Assembly (NCBI GenBank): GCA_964607485.1
Contig: CAZSKP010000009.1
Span: forward strand, 64,001-128,000
Length of the DNA stretch: 64,000 nucleotides
DNA from: an uncultured bacterium
Lineage (GTDB): Bacteria; Abyssobacteria; SURF-5
Direction of reading: 5' to 3'
This document shows, one piece after another, positions 49,710 to 59,657 of the stretch; position 1 is the first letter of the stretch; each line of letters starts with the position of its first letter. Both the position numbers and the translations under genes were made by a program. The notes under the pieces were generated by a model that saw only the letters and a list, made by a program, of their open reading frames with translations, was not told the origin of the DNA and searched no databases.

Positions 49710-50543
49710 ATGAAGAAACAGATTGAAAACTACGAAATCCTTGGCGTTATCGGAAATCCTCAGGAAAGCAGGGTGTTCCTCGTTCAAGACGTGGATACGG
49801 CGAGGAAGTTTGCCCTGAAAGCTTTGCCGATGGATTTTTTCAACAACGAAAGAGAATTCAAGGGGTTTGGGCAGCAGGTCGAAAAAATTGCCCAATTCAA
49901 GTGCGCGAACCTTGTCAGCTATTACAAGCTGATCGGGAAATACACCGAGCCGCTTATCCTCGCCGAGTATGTGGAAGGCATGAACCTGAAGGCATACGTG
50001 GACGGTGAGGTTCATCCCTTTCTGGAACTGCTCCATGTGGCAATCCAGATTCTGAAGGGAGTCCAATACCTCCACCACTTCAAGCTGCTGCATCAGAACC
50101 TCAAGTCGGCCAACGTGCTCATGGATTCAAACCTCAACGTCAAATTGGCCGACTTCTTCTTCTCGAAACTGTACAACCGGTGGCGCAAAAGACGCGGCTA
50201 TCCAAGTATGGAAACCGTCAAATACTTTTCGCCCGAGCAGGTGAAGGATAAAGCGCTTGACGAGCGGAGCGACATCTATTCCGTGGGCGTTCTTCTGTTT
50301 TATTTGTTCACCCGGGTCATGCCTATCAGGGGAACATCCGTGCCCGAGATTATGCAGAAGCACCTGAGGATGGGCATTGTGGAAATTCCCTCCACCATCA
50401 ATCCCGAGGTTCCCCCCGAGATCAGCAAGATAGTGATGCAGATGCTCCAGAAGAAGCCGAGGAAGCGGTTCTCTTCTCTTTCCGAACTCATCCTTGACCT
50501 TACGAGAATGGAGCAACGCCAGCAAAAACACATGGGTATTTAA
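49710..50543 (+). CDS. Hanks-type Ser/Thr kinase-fold protein, predicted pseudokinase
   Basis: ALK, EYVEG, HQNLKSANV, KLADFF, YFSPEQ and SDIYSVG. Confidence 0.88.
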   Translation: MKKQIENYEILGVIGNPQESRVFLVQDVDTARKFALKALPMDFFNNEREFKGFGQQVEKIAQFKCANLVSYYKLIGKYTEPLILAEYVEGMNLKAYVDGEVHPFLELLHVAIQILKGVQYLHHFKLLHQNLKSANVLMDSNLNVKLADFFFSKLYNRWRKRRGYPSMETVKYFSPEQVKDKALDERSDIYSVGVLLFYLFTRVMPIRGTSVPEIMQKHLRMGIVEIPSTINPEVPPEISKIVMQMLQKKPRKRFSSLSELILDLTRMEQRQQKHMGI

Positions 50544-50545
50544 GG

Positions 50546-51664
50546 ATGCACCCTTTTCCCCTCGCGATACAGCTCGACTACGTCACCGTTCTCAGGTATC
50601 TGAGGCCGCCCGAGCCCAGCGCCGCGACGCTGTGGTGGATGCTCGCGGCCGTGCTGGGCGCAGGCCTGGTGTTCGCGCTGTTCGAATTCATCTCGAGACG
50701 CATCCGCAGAAACCGGGCAATGAAAAAGAGCCGCGACGACTTCAATCATCTCACGCTTGTCTGCCAGTTGATGCCCGAAGAAATCAAACTGCTCAGAACG
50801 CTCGTGGACGCCTGCACGATCAAATATCCGGACCGCCTCTTCACATCGTTCGAGCTTTTCAACAGGTGCATGGAGGACAGCGGACCCGCGGCATCGGGCC
50901 TGCTCAGTGAATCCGCAGTGAAAAGCCTTCGGATAATCCGCAACAAGATCTTTTTCGGCGAACGGTCGAAGGCGCCGCCTATCAAGACCACGCACGATCT
51001 GAAGACAAACCAGTGGCTTCACCTGAAACGAATAGCGAACGGGCAGGTGTTCATGGCGCCCGTGGTCGAGGCGGGCGCGAGCGGTCTATTGGTGGCAACC
51101 CCCCGCATCAAGGGCGAATATCTGAAGATGAAGCCCGGTGAGCGTTTCGACATCTACTTCTGGCGAGACAGGGACGCAAGCTACCACTTCGAGTCCGAGG
51201 TCGTCGGCCAATCGGGCACGCACTACCTGATTACGATCTTCAAGCACGTCGAGGACGTCGAGCGAATCCAGCGGCGCCAGTATCATCGAGTGGACGTGTC
51301 CGTGCCGGTGCTCGTGACACCCGTGACGAGAAGCGAACTGGAAAAGGTCGATGGGAAAGGGATTGCGGCCGAAACGGAGCACCCCGGCCTGCGCGCGCAC
51401 GTGATAAACATGAGCGGGGCCGGCTTCGCGCTTGCATCTCGGGTGGAACTAAAGCCCAACGACTTCGTCTATCTCGAGCTGCCGACCGGCGAAGATAATT
51501 TCAGAATGCCTCTACTCGGTAAGATATTGAACGTAACCAAAAAAGAGCTGACCGAAGAGTTCTTGTTGCACGCGGAATTTGTCGGCCTGAGCGCCGACGC
51601 GCATGAGAGGATTTTTCGGTTCATCTACTCACACGCAAGGCCCGAGACATTACCCGCCGCCTGA
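50546..51664 (+). CDS. Membrane-anchored YcgR-like/PilZ domain protein
   Basis: N-terminal TM segment; QRRQYHRV (RxxxR) and NMSGAG ([D/N]xSxxG). Confidence 0.88.
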   Translation: MHPFPLAIQLDYVTVLRYLRPPEPSAATLWWMLAAVLGAGLVFALFEFISRRIRRNRAMKKSRDDFNHLTLVCQLMPEEIKLLRTLVDACTIKYPDRLFTSFELFNRCMEDSGPAASGLLSESAVKSLRIIRNKIFFGERSKAPPIKTTHDLKTNQWLHLKRIANGQVFMAPVVEAGASGLLVATPRIKGEYLKMKPGERFDIYFWRDRDASYHFESEVVGQSGTHYLITIFKHVEDVERIQRRQYHRVDVSVPVLVTPVTRSELEKVDGKGIAAETEHPGLRAHVINMSGAGFALASRVELKPNDFVYLELPTGEDNFRMPLLGKILNVTKKELTEEFLLHAEFVGLSADAHERIFRFIYSHARPETLPAA

Positions 51665-52507
51665 TTCTTCCTCCGAACCTTCCTCTGAATCTTCTTCCCT
51701 CTTCTTGGCTTCGTCCACGGCCTCGCTGACGGCGGAATAGTGGATGTAGCCTCCTCGATGAAGGATCGTGTCGCCCAGCTCGGGGTCCATCTGCATGCTC
51801 GCGACGCACGGATAGCTGTGCCAGTACTTCGCCGTTAAGTCCTCGTTGATGCTCGGCGTGAGCGGCTTGCCGATGAGGTTCTTCGCGACGTAGTAGGTGC
51901 AGCCGCACGGGGCGCAGCGGTCAACCTGCGTGTTCACTATCTCTCCGTCATGGACGAAGAGCTGCACCTTCGGCTTGCCGATCTTGAATTTCCGCATGAA
52001 CTCATTTATCACCGGATGCTCGGCCTTCTCCTCCAGCGAGCAGAACGGCTTGGGGAACGCCACCTCGATTCCGAGCCGCTTGCACGTCTCCGTCACGCTG
52101 CGCCTGCAGCCGCGGCTGATCCAGTCGGGCGCCTCCGACGGCACGATGAGCGCCTTCGAGCCGGCCTCCTTCGCCAGCTTCGGGATGTCGGTCAGCAGGT
52201 CCTCGTGCACGTTGATGGCCAGCGTGACATCGTGCTCCGGCAGGCTCGGCGGCAGATAGTCGTCCGATTCGTCGGCAAACAGAGGCAACTCGGAGGGAAT
52301 CTTCAGCACGCCGACGAGGTTTTCCAGAAAATCGATCCGGAAGCTGTAGCGGCAGTGGTCGCAATCCTCGGCGCACCCGATGCACAGGTTCGGGTCGTCC
52401 ACGATATGCTTCACGAACCGGTAGGCGTACGCGTCGTCAAACTGCTTGCAGAACGGCTCCGCCTTTTTCGGAAGCATCTTGTCGGGACAGATGATAAATA
52501 TCTTCAT
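51650..52507 (-). CDS. DUF166-like Cys-rich protein
   Basis: PKPFCSL, GKP, APCGCT.YVA and HSYPC.ASM..D. Confidence 0.75.
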   Translation of the reverse strand: MKIFIICPDKMLPKKAEPFCKQFDDAYAYRFVKHIVDDPNLCIGCAEDCDHCRYSFRIDFLENLVGVLKIPSELPLFADESDDYLPPSLPEHDVTLAINVHEDLLTDIPKLAKEAGSKALIVPSEAPDWISRGCRRSVTETCKRLGIEVAFPKPFCSLEEKAEHPVINEFMRKFKIGKPKVQLFVHDGEIVNTQVDRCAPCGCTYYVAKNLIGKPLTPSINEDLTAKYWHSYPCVASMQMDPELGDTILHRGGYIHYSAVSEAVDEAKKREEDSEEGSEEESGGG

Positions 52508-52544
52508 CGCTTGACTGTTCCCCGAGAAATACGTCTTTGCTCTC

Positions 52545-52572
52545 GTAGGGGCGGTTCGCGAACCGCCCCTAC
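52545..52572. repeat. GTAG-family REP-like perfect palindrome
   Basis: GTAGGGGCGGTTCGCGAACCGCCCCTAC is a 28-bp perfect palindrome. Confidence 0.8.
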
Positions 52573-52809
52573 AGGAATATTCATGCTTGCGGACTGTCTT
52601 AAGAATTACGGCGGCTGTCTCTTGCCGCGCAGATTCGGGACTGTCCCCTTCGCGCACAATTCCCTTTATATACTGACAAAAACACCCAATTTCTGCAAGA
52701 ATGGGTTTTCGGTAACCCCCTTCAAGATGACATACTTAAAGAGGAGGAAGCAGCATTTTGTCTCTGTCTGAGGCGATTTGAAACTCAAATTGAGGGGCTA
52801 TGAGGAAGT

Positions 52810-53824
52810 ATGAGGAACGGAGATTTGACAATCGGCATCGCCGGAAGCGGCGGTGACGGCGTGATCGTGGCGGGCGATTTCCTCGTCTGGGCCGCGGCGA
52901 GCGAGGGGCTGTACACCTTCATGCTGAAAAGTTTCGGCTCGCAGATTCGGGGCGGCGAAAGCTCGTGCAAGGTGCGCATCAGCGAGAATCCCGTGCTCTC
53001 GCAGGGAGACAAGCTGGACGTGCTGATCGCCTTCAACTGGGCCGATTACCGCAAATTCGAGTCGGAGCTTGTAATTAAAAGAGGCGCCGTGGTGCTCTGC
53101 GATTCCGCCGACCCGACGCCGCCCGACGACATCCCGCTCCCCCGCTCGGCTGAGCCCGTCATCTACAAGATCCCCTTCCAGGAGATAGCGACGGCGCAGA
53201 CGGGAAGAGGCCCGGGGAAGAACATGGTCATGCTGGGAGCGCTCGCGGAGATGTTCGACTTGCCCGCCGACGCCATTCGCGCCGCCCTCCGCTCCAAGTT
53301 CGAGCGCAAGGGACACGGCGTCGTCGAGATGAACCTGCGCGCCTTCGACGGCGGCGGGCATCGAACACGACGAGCGCGGCAACCCGGCCTCCGCGCCGGA
53401 GATGCACGAGAAGATGAACGCGAAGCGCTTCCGCAAACTGGAGACGCTGCGGAGCCGGTGGAAGCTCGTGCGGCGCTACGGCTCGGCCGACGCCGAAGTC
53501 GGGATCATCGGCTGGGGCTCCTCGAAAGGGGCGATAAAGGAGGCAGTGCTGCGGGCCGAGGCCGAGGGGCTAAAGGTCGCCGGGCTGGTGCCGCAGTTGC
53601 TCTATCCGCTGCCATACCGGGAATTCGACGCGTTCCTGAGGCCGCTTCGGAAGGTGGTCATCGTCGAGATGTCCTATTCGGCCCAGTTCCAGAAGTATCT
53701 GCGGGCCAATTACGACCTTCCCGACGACGTTGTTCTGCTGAAACGGAGCGGCGGCAGGCCGTTCAGCGTCGAGGAGATATACGCGAAAATCGGACAAGAG
53801 GTGAGTTCGGGTGTCTGCTGTTAA
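52810..53824 (+). pseudogene. korA: 2-oxoacid:ferredoxin oxidoreductase alpha subunit with an internal deletion and frameshift
   Basis: Gamma-like domain (GSGGDG, IRGG, KNMV.LG) is joined at about 53350 to the C-terminal part (GIEHDERG, GWGSS.G) in another frame; the YPITP core is absent. Confidence 0.85.
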
Positions 53825-54662
53825 GGCGAAAGAATTCAAGAAAGACGTCAGGCCGGTGTGGTGCCCCGGCTGCGGCAACTACGGCGTGCTGACGGGAGTG
53901 TATCAGGCGCTGGCCCAGCTCGATGCGCCGCGCGAGAAGATCGTGATGGTCTCGGGCATCGGATGCTCGAGCAGGCTGCCCGGATACGTCAACGTGTACG
54001 GGTTCAACGCCGTCCACGGCAGGGGGCTCCCTATCGCCACGGGCGTCAAGATGGCCAACCGGGACCTGACCGTGATAGCGCTCGGCGGCGACGGAGACGC
54101 GCTCAGCATCGGCGGCGGCCACATCCCCCACGCCGCCAGACGGAACGTGGACATCACCTTCCTGATAATGGACAACAGCATATACGCACTGACCAAGGGA
54201 CAGGCGTCGCCGACCACGCCGCTCGACGACATCACCTCATCGACCGCCTACGGCAGCATCGACGAGCCGCTCGATGCGGTCGGCTTGGCGCTCGCCTACG
54301 GCGTCTCGTTTGTCGCACGCGGATACTCGGGCGACGTGAAGCACCTGGCCTCCCTCATCGTCGAAGGGGTGCGGCATCCCGGCTTTGCGCTCATCCACAT
54401 CGTCAGCCCCTGCGTCACCTGGCGAGGGATGAAGGGCTACGAGGAAGTGAAGCGGCGCACGTTCTACCTCGACGGCCGGCACGACCCGACCGATAAGGCT
54501 CAAGCGGTTGAGGTATCGCTGGAGAAGAGCAGGGTCCCGCTTGGAATCATCTACAGGGAGATAAAGCCCACGTATTGGGACAGGATTCTGGACCGGCGAA
54601 AGTTCGCCAAACGCGCGGGCGTCCCCTCCCTCGAGGACTTGATGCACCACTTCGTTCCGTGA
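53811..54662 (+). CDS. korB: 2-oxoacid:ferredoxin oxidoreductase beta subunit
   Basis: WCPGCG, SGIGCS, HGR, GGDGD and YALTKGQASPT. Confidence 0.93.
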   Translation: MSAVKAKEFKKDVRPVWCPGCGNYGVLTGVYQALAQLDAPREKIVMVSGIGCSSRLPGYVNVYGFNAVHGRGLPIATGVKMANRDLTVIALGGDGDALSIGGGHIPHAARRNVDITFLIMDNSIYALTKGQASPTTPLDDITSSTAYGSIDEPLDAVGLALAYGVSFVARGYSGDVKHLASLIVEGVRHPGFALIHIVSPCVTWRGMKGYEEVKRRTFYLDGRHDPTDKAQAVEVSLEKSRVPLGIIYREIKPTYWDRILDRRKFAKRAGVPSLEDLMHHFVP

Positions 54663-54900
54663 CTCGCGAGCCCGGTCAGCCGAGCCGGACGCTCCGGTGA
54701 ATAACCATTAGGACAAACATTCTATCACCCTATGGTTTAGCGCATCCGCCCATGTTTTCCTTACGATCCAGGCAGGTCCTCGTGATAATAGTTCTAAACA
54801 AACTCTTGTGTTTGTTGCGGAATGAGAACATTTCCTCAGACCATTGCAGTCTTTTTTGGGTTCGTTACGGACGCGGCGAGAAGTGACATATCCCCTTTTA

Positions 54901-54969
54901 TATCAATCGATTAAGGAGTCAAGAGCTTCTTCAACCTACCCTTCCCGCTGCCTTGGAATGACTCTTGCT
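54901..54969 (+). promoter_or_regulatory. IHF site plus sigma54 promoter
   Basis: TATCAATCGATTA (54901-54913) matches WATCAANNNNTTR; TGGAAT-GACTC-TTGCT at 54954-54969 has GG-N10-GC spacing. Confidence 0.65.
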
Positions 54970-55033
54970 TATAGCAAGGGCAGTTATAGTATTATATTTA
55001 ATATCCGTATGGTTTTCCAAAGGAGAGGATTGT

Positions 55034-55777
55034 ATGCTCACAAAGACGAGCGTTATGCGGGCCTTTGTCATCACCGCGGCCATTCTTCTGGTTTCTTTTT
55101 CTCCGGCTATGGCCATTCCCGACCTGAGCTTGGGTGTCATCGGTGGCACCTATTATTATGATCCGGCGGAGTATCAGGTCATCGGAGGCGTTCTGTATGA
55201 GGTGCCGGGCGGTGAATTCTCCGAAATCAATTACATCACGAGCAGTTTCGCTCTCGGCGACGAAGACAACCAGGGCTGGATTCTCACCGGACCCGGAAAC
55301 GTGACCGTCTTCAATTGGGGTCCGAAATGGGAAGACTTCACGGGCTGCGATGTGTACTTTGTCGCGACCGACCTCGTCCCGGACGATGGCCTGGGCACGG
55401 TTCAGGTCAATGGCGCCGACGCCGACTACATGTGGGGAACCAGCTTTGCAGACGACGAACCCCATCCCGATGGGTATCACGGCCTTCAATACAGCTGGAA
55501 CATAGGTGATCCGAGCACCTGGGACGTTTCCGCCGGCGGGCTCGGCACTCAGACGACGGTATCCGTTGACTTTACGGATGGCCCGTTTGACCTGTGGGCC
55601 TTCGGCGACTGCATAATCGCAGACCATTGGTACACCGAGGATGGCGGAAGCAACGGCAACGAACCCTTCACCCCCCGGTCGCACAATGTAACCCTCACAC
55701 CCGAACCGGCAACGCTGCTGCTGTTCGGAATCGGTCTGGGCGGTCTGGCCGTGGTCAGGAAGAGATACTCATCCTAG
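55034..55777 (+). CDS. PEP-CTERM sorting domain protein
   Basis: Signal peptide, acidic body and C-terminal TPEPATLLLFGIGLGGLAVVRKR. Confidence 0.92.
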   Translation: MLTKTSVMRAFVITAAILLVSFSPAMAIPDLSLGVIGGTYYYDPAEYQVIGGVLYEVPGGEFSEINYITSSFALGDEDNQGWILTGPGNVTVFNWGPKWEDFTGCDVYFVATDLVPDDGLGTVQVNGADADYMWGTSFADDEPHPDGYHGLQYSWNIGDPSTWDVSAGGLGTQTTVSVDFTDGPFDLWAFGDCIIADHWYTEDGGSNGNEPFTPRSHNVTLTPEPATLLLFGIGLGGLAVVRKRYSS

Positions 55778-56014
55778 CCGAACACGCCGCACGCGCAAAG
55801 ACGAGCGACGCAACGAAGGCAGACTAGCTTCATCCGGCCTGTGGAACGATTTTCGGCCCCTCCCGCATGGTTTCTTTCTCACGTACTCCTCCTCTGGCAT
55901 CAGCCGTCCACGCATTCGTCTCCCCAAACGCAAGGGTCAGCGCCTTCTGACAACGGCGAAAGCAAGCCTCTCCTTGACTCTCAGAGAAGCGTGAGCTAGT
56001 CTTGTTCCGACCGA

Positions 56015-56908
56015 ATGAAAACAACATCGCACAGACGCTCGCTTGGAAAGACGAAACGGAGCGAAGACGCGAAGGATTCGCCAAGGCGGAGAGGTTTGGC
56101 GCCAAGGAGGGTCCGCACATTTCGGAAGACGATTTACGACTACTACCGAAAGCACGCCCGCAGTTTTCCCTGGCGCACGACGCGGAACCCTTACCACATC
56201 CTCATTTCGGAAATCATGCTTCAGCAGACCCAAACAGAACGGGTCCTGCAGAAGTATGAGCGATTTATCGATACGTTCCCGGATTTTCCTTCGCTGGCCG
56301 AGGCGCCGCTTCGAAAGATACTCAAGATGTGGCAAGGCCTGGGATATAACCGGCGAGCAATCGCACTGAAGGGAATTGCCCGATTGACGGTGAGGGAGTT
56401 TGGCGGTGAGCTTCCCCCGAGCGTTGAGGTGCTGACGACGTTCCCCGGAATCGGCCCGGCGACCGCGTCGGCGATTTGCGCTTTCGCCTTCAACCAGCCC
56501 GCCGTGCTCATCGAAACGAATATACGGAGAGTATTCATTCACTTCTTCTTTCAGGATGAGCGCAATGTCAAGGATGCCCGGATTCGTCCTTTGGTGGAAC
56601 AGACCGTCGACTCATCCAATCCTCGAGAATGGTACTACGCTCTCATGGACTACGGAGCGATGCTCGGCAGAGAACGACCGAATTCAAACAGGAGAAGCGC
56701 TCATTACAAGCGACAGTCTCCGTTCGAGGGGTCCGACAGACAGATCCGCGGAATGATTCTCAGGGCTCTCATTGCGAAGCCAAACGTTTCGGAACGTGAA
56801 GTAATACGAAGACTCGACGTGACTGCGGAAAGAGCAAAGAACATTCTTACTCAATTACAAAAGGAGGGGTTCATCGAGAGAAAAGGAGGGAACGTCACAC
56901 TGGTCTGA
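56015..56908 (+). CDS. mutY: A/G-specific adenine glycosylase-like HhH-GPD protein (short MutY)
   Basis: PWR, SEIMLQQTQ, WQGLGYNRRA, PGIGPATA, ETNIRR and LMDYG. Confidence 0.85.
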   Translation: MKTTSHRRSLGKTKRSEDAKDSPRRRGLAPRRVRTFRKTIYDYYRKHARSFPWRTTRNPYHILISEIMLQQTQTERVLQKYERFIDTFPDFPSLAEAPLRKILKMWQGLGYNRRAIALKGIARLTVREFGGELPPSVEVLTTFPGIGPATASAICAFAFNQPAVLIETNIRRVFIHFFFQDERNVKDARIRPLVEQTVDSSNPREWYYALMDYGAMLGRERPNSNRRSAHYKRQSPFEGSDRQIRGMILRALIAKPNVSEREVIRRLDVTAERAKNILTQLQKEGFIERKGGNVTLV

Positions 56909-57034
56909 CGCGGATGATTCTAGTTATTGCATTAACGACCCCCTGCGCAGCCGCGGCAAGGCTCGCGTAAGCATTAAGGGCCGCGGCCAACGCGCGCACC
57001 GCGGCCCCTCACATCATCGTACCTGTGTCTGCGT

Positions 57035-58441
57035 TCATTTTGCAGCGGGTGCCGGCAGAGTCATATAAAGTGTATGGCCCTTTCTCTTGATCAGGAGAAG
57101 CATCTCCTTCTCTTTCTTTCGAGCCGTTAACACCTTCTGGTATTGGTCCATGCTTTCGATTGGCTGACGATCTACCTCCTCTATCACGTCGCCGGGCTGC
57201 AGGCCCGCGCTTTGGGCAGGACTTCCGGGTTGCACCTGAGTCACGACCACACCATGGTCATCGGGTCCCAAGCCAAGCGCCTGAGCTATCTGAGGAGTCA
57301 GATTTTGCACTGAAAAACCATGCGGCTGTTCCGCAGCAGCGGGGGCCGCACGCTTTGCTTTTTCCTCGGATGGCATGGTGCCGATTGTCACCATAATATT
57401 CTTTCGTTCACCATTTCGCAGAATTTGGATTTCGGCTTTCTTATTGGGCGGGGTCTCTGCCACGCGACTCGAGAACGCGTGGGAGCTCTTGACCGCTTCG
57501 TTGTCCATCATTAAGATCACGTCTCCCCTGAGCAGGCCCGCCTTGTCTGCGGGGCCACCCTGGAGAACCTCGGCTATTATTATTCCTTCGGCCTTTTCGA
57601 GACCGAACGCGGCGGCTAACTGTGGAGTAACATCCTGGATCACCAGCCCCAGCCAGCCGCGGACCACTTTGCCGGCCTTCAGTTGGGGAAGAAGTATCTT
57701 TGCCATGTTGATGGGAATTGCAAAGCCGATTCCCTGTCCTTGGGAAACGACGGCCGTACTGATGCCGACTACTTTTCCGTTCATGTCGAAAAGGGGACCG
57801 CCGCTATTTCCCGGATTGATTGCAGCGTCGGTCTGCAAGAAGTCATCGTAGGGGCCGGCCCCTATAATGCGTCCTTTTGCGCTTATGATTCCAACAGTGA
57901 CCGTGTTGCCCAAACCGAATGGGTTACCCACTGCCATAACCCAATCACCAATTTTGACATTGTCGGAGTCGCCCAACTCGGCCGGAGCGGGAAAGAAGGC
58001 ATCGGGAGTTACCTTAATCAGAGCGAGTTCCGTTTTGGGGTCGCGGCCCACCACCGTCGCATCGTATTCCCTTTGATCCCGCAGTCTTACTTTGATCTCG
58101 CTCGCGTTTTCGATTACGTGATTGTTCGTCAGTATGTGCCCCTTCCTGTCGATAACAAAGCCTGAGCCCAGCGCGTGTGCAGTCATCTCACGCGGCATCT
58201 CTCCGAAAAATTCCCGAAACGGTCCAACCTCCACGTAAGGCGCCGTCTTTATTATCTGAGTCGTCGAGAGATTCACGACGGGATACTTCACCGAGTCTGC
58301 CAAATCTGCAAAGGAAGCGGGCCCATATTTGGTCTCGCCCGCGACTCGTAACGGCAGCAGGGCTATAATGATGAAGCTCGCTGCCAAAGCGAATAACACT
58401 CGCCACTGGCCGAAAGTGAGATGCTTATGGTGCGGTCTCAT
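57035..58441 (-). CDS. HtrA/DegQ family serine endoprotease with 2 PDZ domains
   Basis: GSGFVI, TNNHV and QTDAAINPGNSGGP; the usual triad Asp position reads TELA. Confidence 0.93.
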   Translation of the reverse strand: MRPHHKHLTFGQWRVLFALAASFIIIALLPLRVAGETKYGPASFADLADSVKYPVVNLSTTQIIKTAPYVEVGPFREFFGEMPREMTAHALGSGFVIDRKGHILTNNHVIENASEIKVRLRDQREYDATVVGRDPKTELALIKVTPDAFFPAPAELGDSDNVKIGDWVMAVGNPFGLGNTVTVGIISAKGRIIGAGPYDDFLQTDAAINPGNSGGPLFDMNGKVVGISTAVVSQGQGIGFAIPINMAKILLPQLKAGKVVRGWLGLVIQDVTPQLAAAFGLEKAEGIIIAEVLQGGPADKAGLLRGDVILMMDNEAVKSSHAFSSRVAETPPNKKAEIQILRNGERKNIMVTIGTMPSEEKAKRAAPAAAEQPHGFSVQNLTPQIAQALGLGPDDHGVVVTQVQPGSPAQSAGLQPGDVIEEVDRQPIESMDQYQKVLTARKKEKEMLLLIKRKGHTLYMTLPAPAAK

Positions 58442-58597
58442 GGTTCCTCCTCAGGCGGCACGATGCTCGCCTTCTAAAATCCAAAAAAACTCCATGCATC
58501 AGAAAATGCGTCGCCGGCAGCGCGCAAAGGCTTCAATTTCTCGTCATCGACCTTGCTTTCCATAATGCTATCTTTCTTCGAAACGACGTCGCTGCTG

Positions 58598-59152
58598 TTA
58601 ATTGCTCTTTCCGGTTTTTGGGGCCTTCTTCTCCTTCTGTTTCTTCGGGTGATGCTTCCACTGGATGGCGTGACCCAAATGGGCTTGTGAGGCCTTGAGA
58701 GCGCGTGTGGCCGTCTCGAAGTCTTGTTGCATCCAAGCCTCTCTCGCTTTGACCCATGAATTCATCGCCAGAGCGAATTGCGCACGGGCAAAGGCGTCAT
58801 GAAGCTCTTCAACGGAAGTTACCTTACCCTCTCTCACCCTATCCGCCAGTTGTTCCAGTTCCCCGATCGATGCGACCAGTGCCTCCTGCTCTTTTCCCTT
58901 GGCGCGATTCGCCTCCAGTTTCAGAAAGGTCACGGCGGTCAAGATTTCGTCGGACGCTTCGTCGAATTTCTTCGTTTCAAAATCCACCCGCGCCTCGTAG
59001 AAGTGGTGCTCCACGTCCTGTACGAGCTCATAGATGCCTGCGTCGGAGTATAAATCGTACTGATCGTACTGCTGGCCCCGGACGGGGCTTGCAAGAGCGG
59101 CAAGCAAAATAACGGCAATAACGGCCGACCAGCCTGAAACTGAGTAGCGCAT
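58598..59152 (-). CDS. Exported helical hypothetical protein (paralog of 62333-62989)
   Basis: Signal peptide; FYEARVDF, LADRV and AFARA are shared with the paralog. Confidence 0.8.
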   Translation of the reverse strand: MRYSVSGWSAVIAVILLAALASPVRGQQYDQYDLYSDAGIYELVQDVEHHFYEARVDFETKKFDEASDEILTAVTFLKLEANRAKGKEQEALVASIGELEQLADRVREGKVTSVEELHDAFARAQFALAMNSWVKAREAWMQQDFETATRALKASQAHLGHAIQWKHHPKKQKEKKAPKTGKSN

Positions 59153-59329
59153 AACGGCTTCTCCTGTTGTTCAACTCACCTGTTGCAGCCACAAGTCAGT
59201 CTTGGGGCACCTCCGACTCCTCGGTGTTCCACTCATCCATCTCACATCGCTGCACAATCAATCGTTATCCCGCATCCGGTGACGCTCATTCCGGCAATGC
59301 GGGAAATGCCCTTTTGTCGGAACAAGACG

Positions 59330-59611
59330 CTAATATGAGGAGGCCACTCGATCCAGGACATTCTGTATGTCGTCCACCGTTTCCTCCCAGCCGGATTTCA
59401 CGGTGTCCCATTCGACGTGTGTCGCTTTTCGTATTTCTTGCAGCCTCTCATGAGCCGTTTTATGTTTGGCGCGCAGATCATCAACGTGCTTCAGGTGTGT
59501 TTCGACCTCGGCGTGCTTTTCCCGAATCTTGGTTTCCAGATGCTCGATCCTTGAGCCTAACTCCTTCAACCTAGTCTCCATCTCATCGAGATGTTTTTCC
59601 CTCATTTCCAT
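59330..59611 (-). CDS. Small coiled-coil protein (Sll1863-like stress protein)
   Basis: GGAGG RBS, heptad pattern and WDTVKSGWE C-terminal motif. Confidence 0.7.
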   Translation of the reverse strand: MEMREKHLDEMETRLKELGSRIEHLETKIREKHAEVETHLKHVDDLRAKHKTAHERLQEIRKATHVEWDTVKSGWEETVDDIQNVLDRVASSY

Positions 59612-59657
59612 TGCTTCCTCCTGTTGGTTGTCACCCGTTGCATCAAACCGCCTCCGG

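Noticed and set aside
53340-53410. Programmed frameshift in korA
   Set aside because: There is no slippery site, and a shift would not restore the missing core domain
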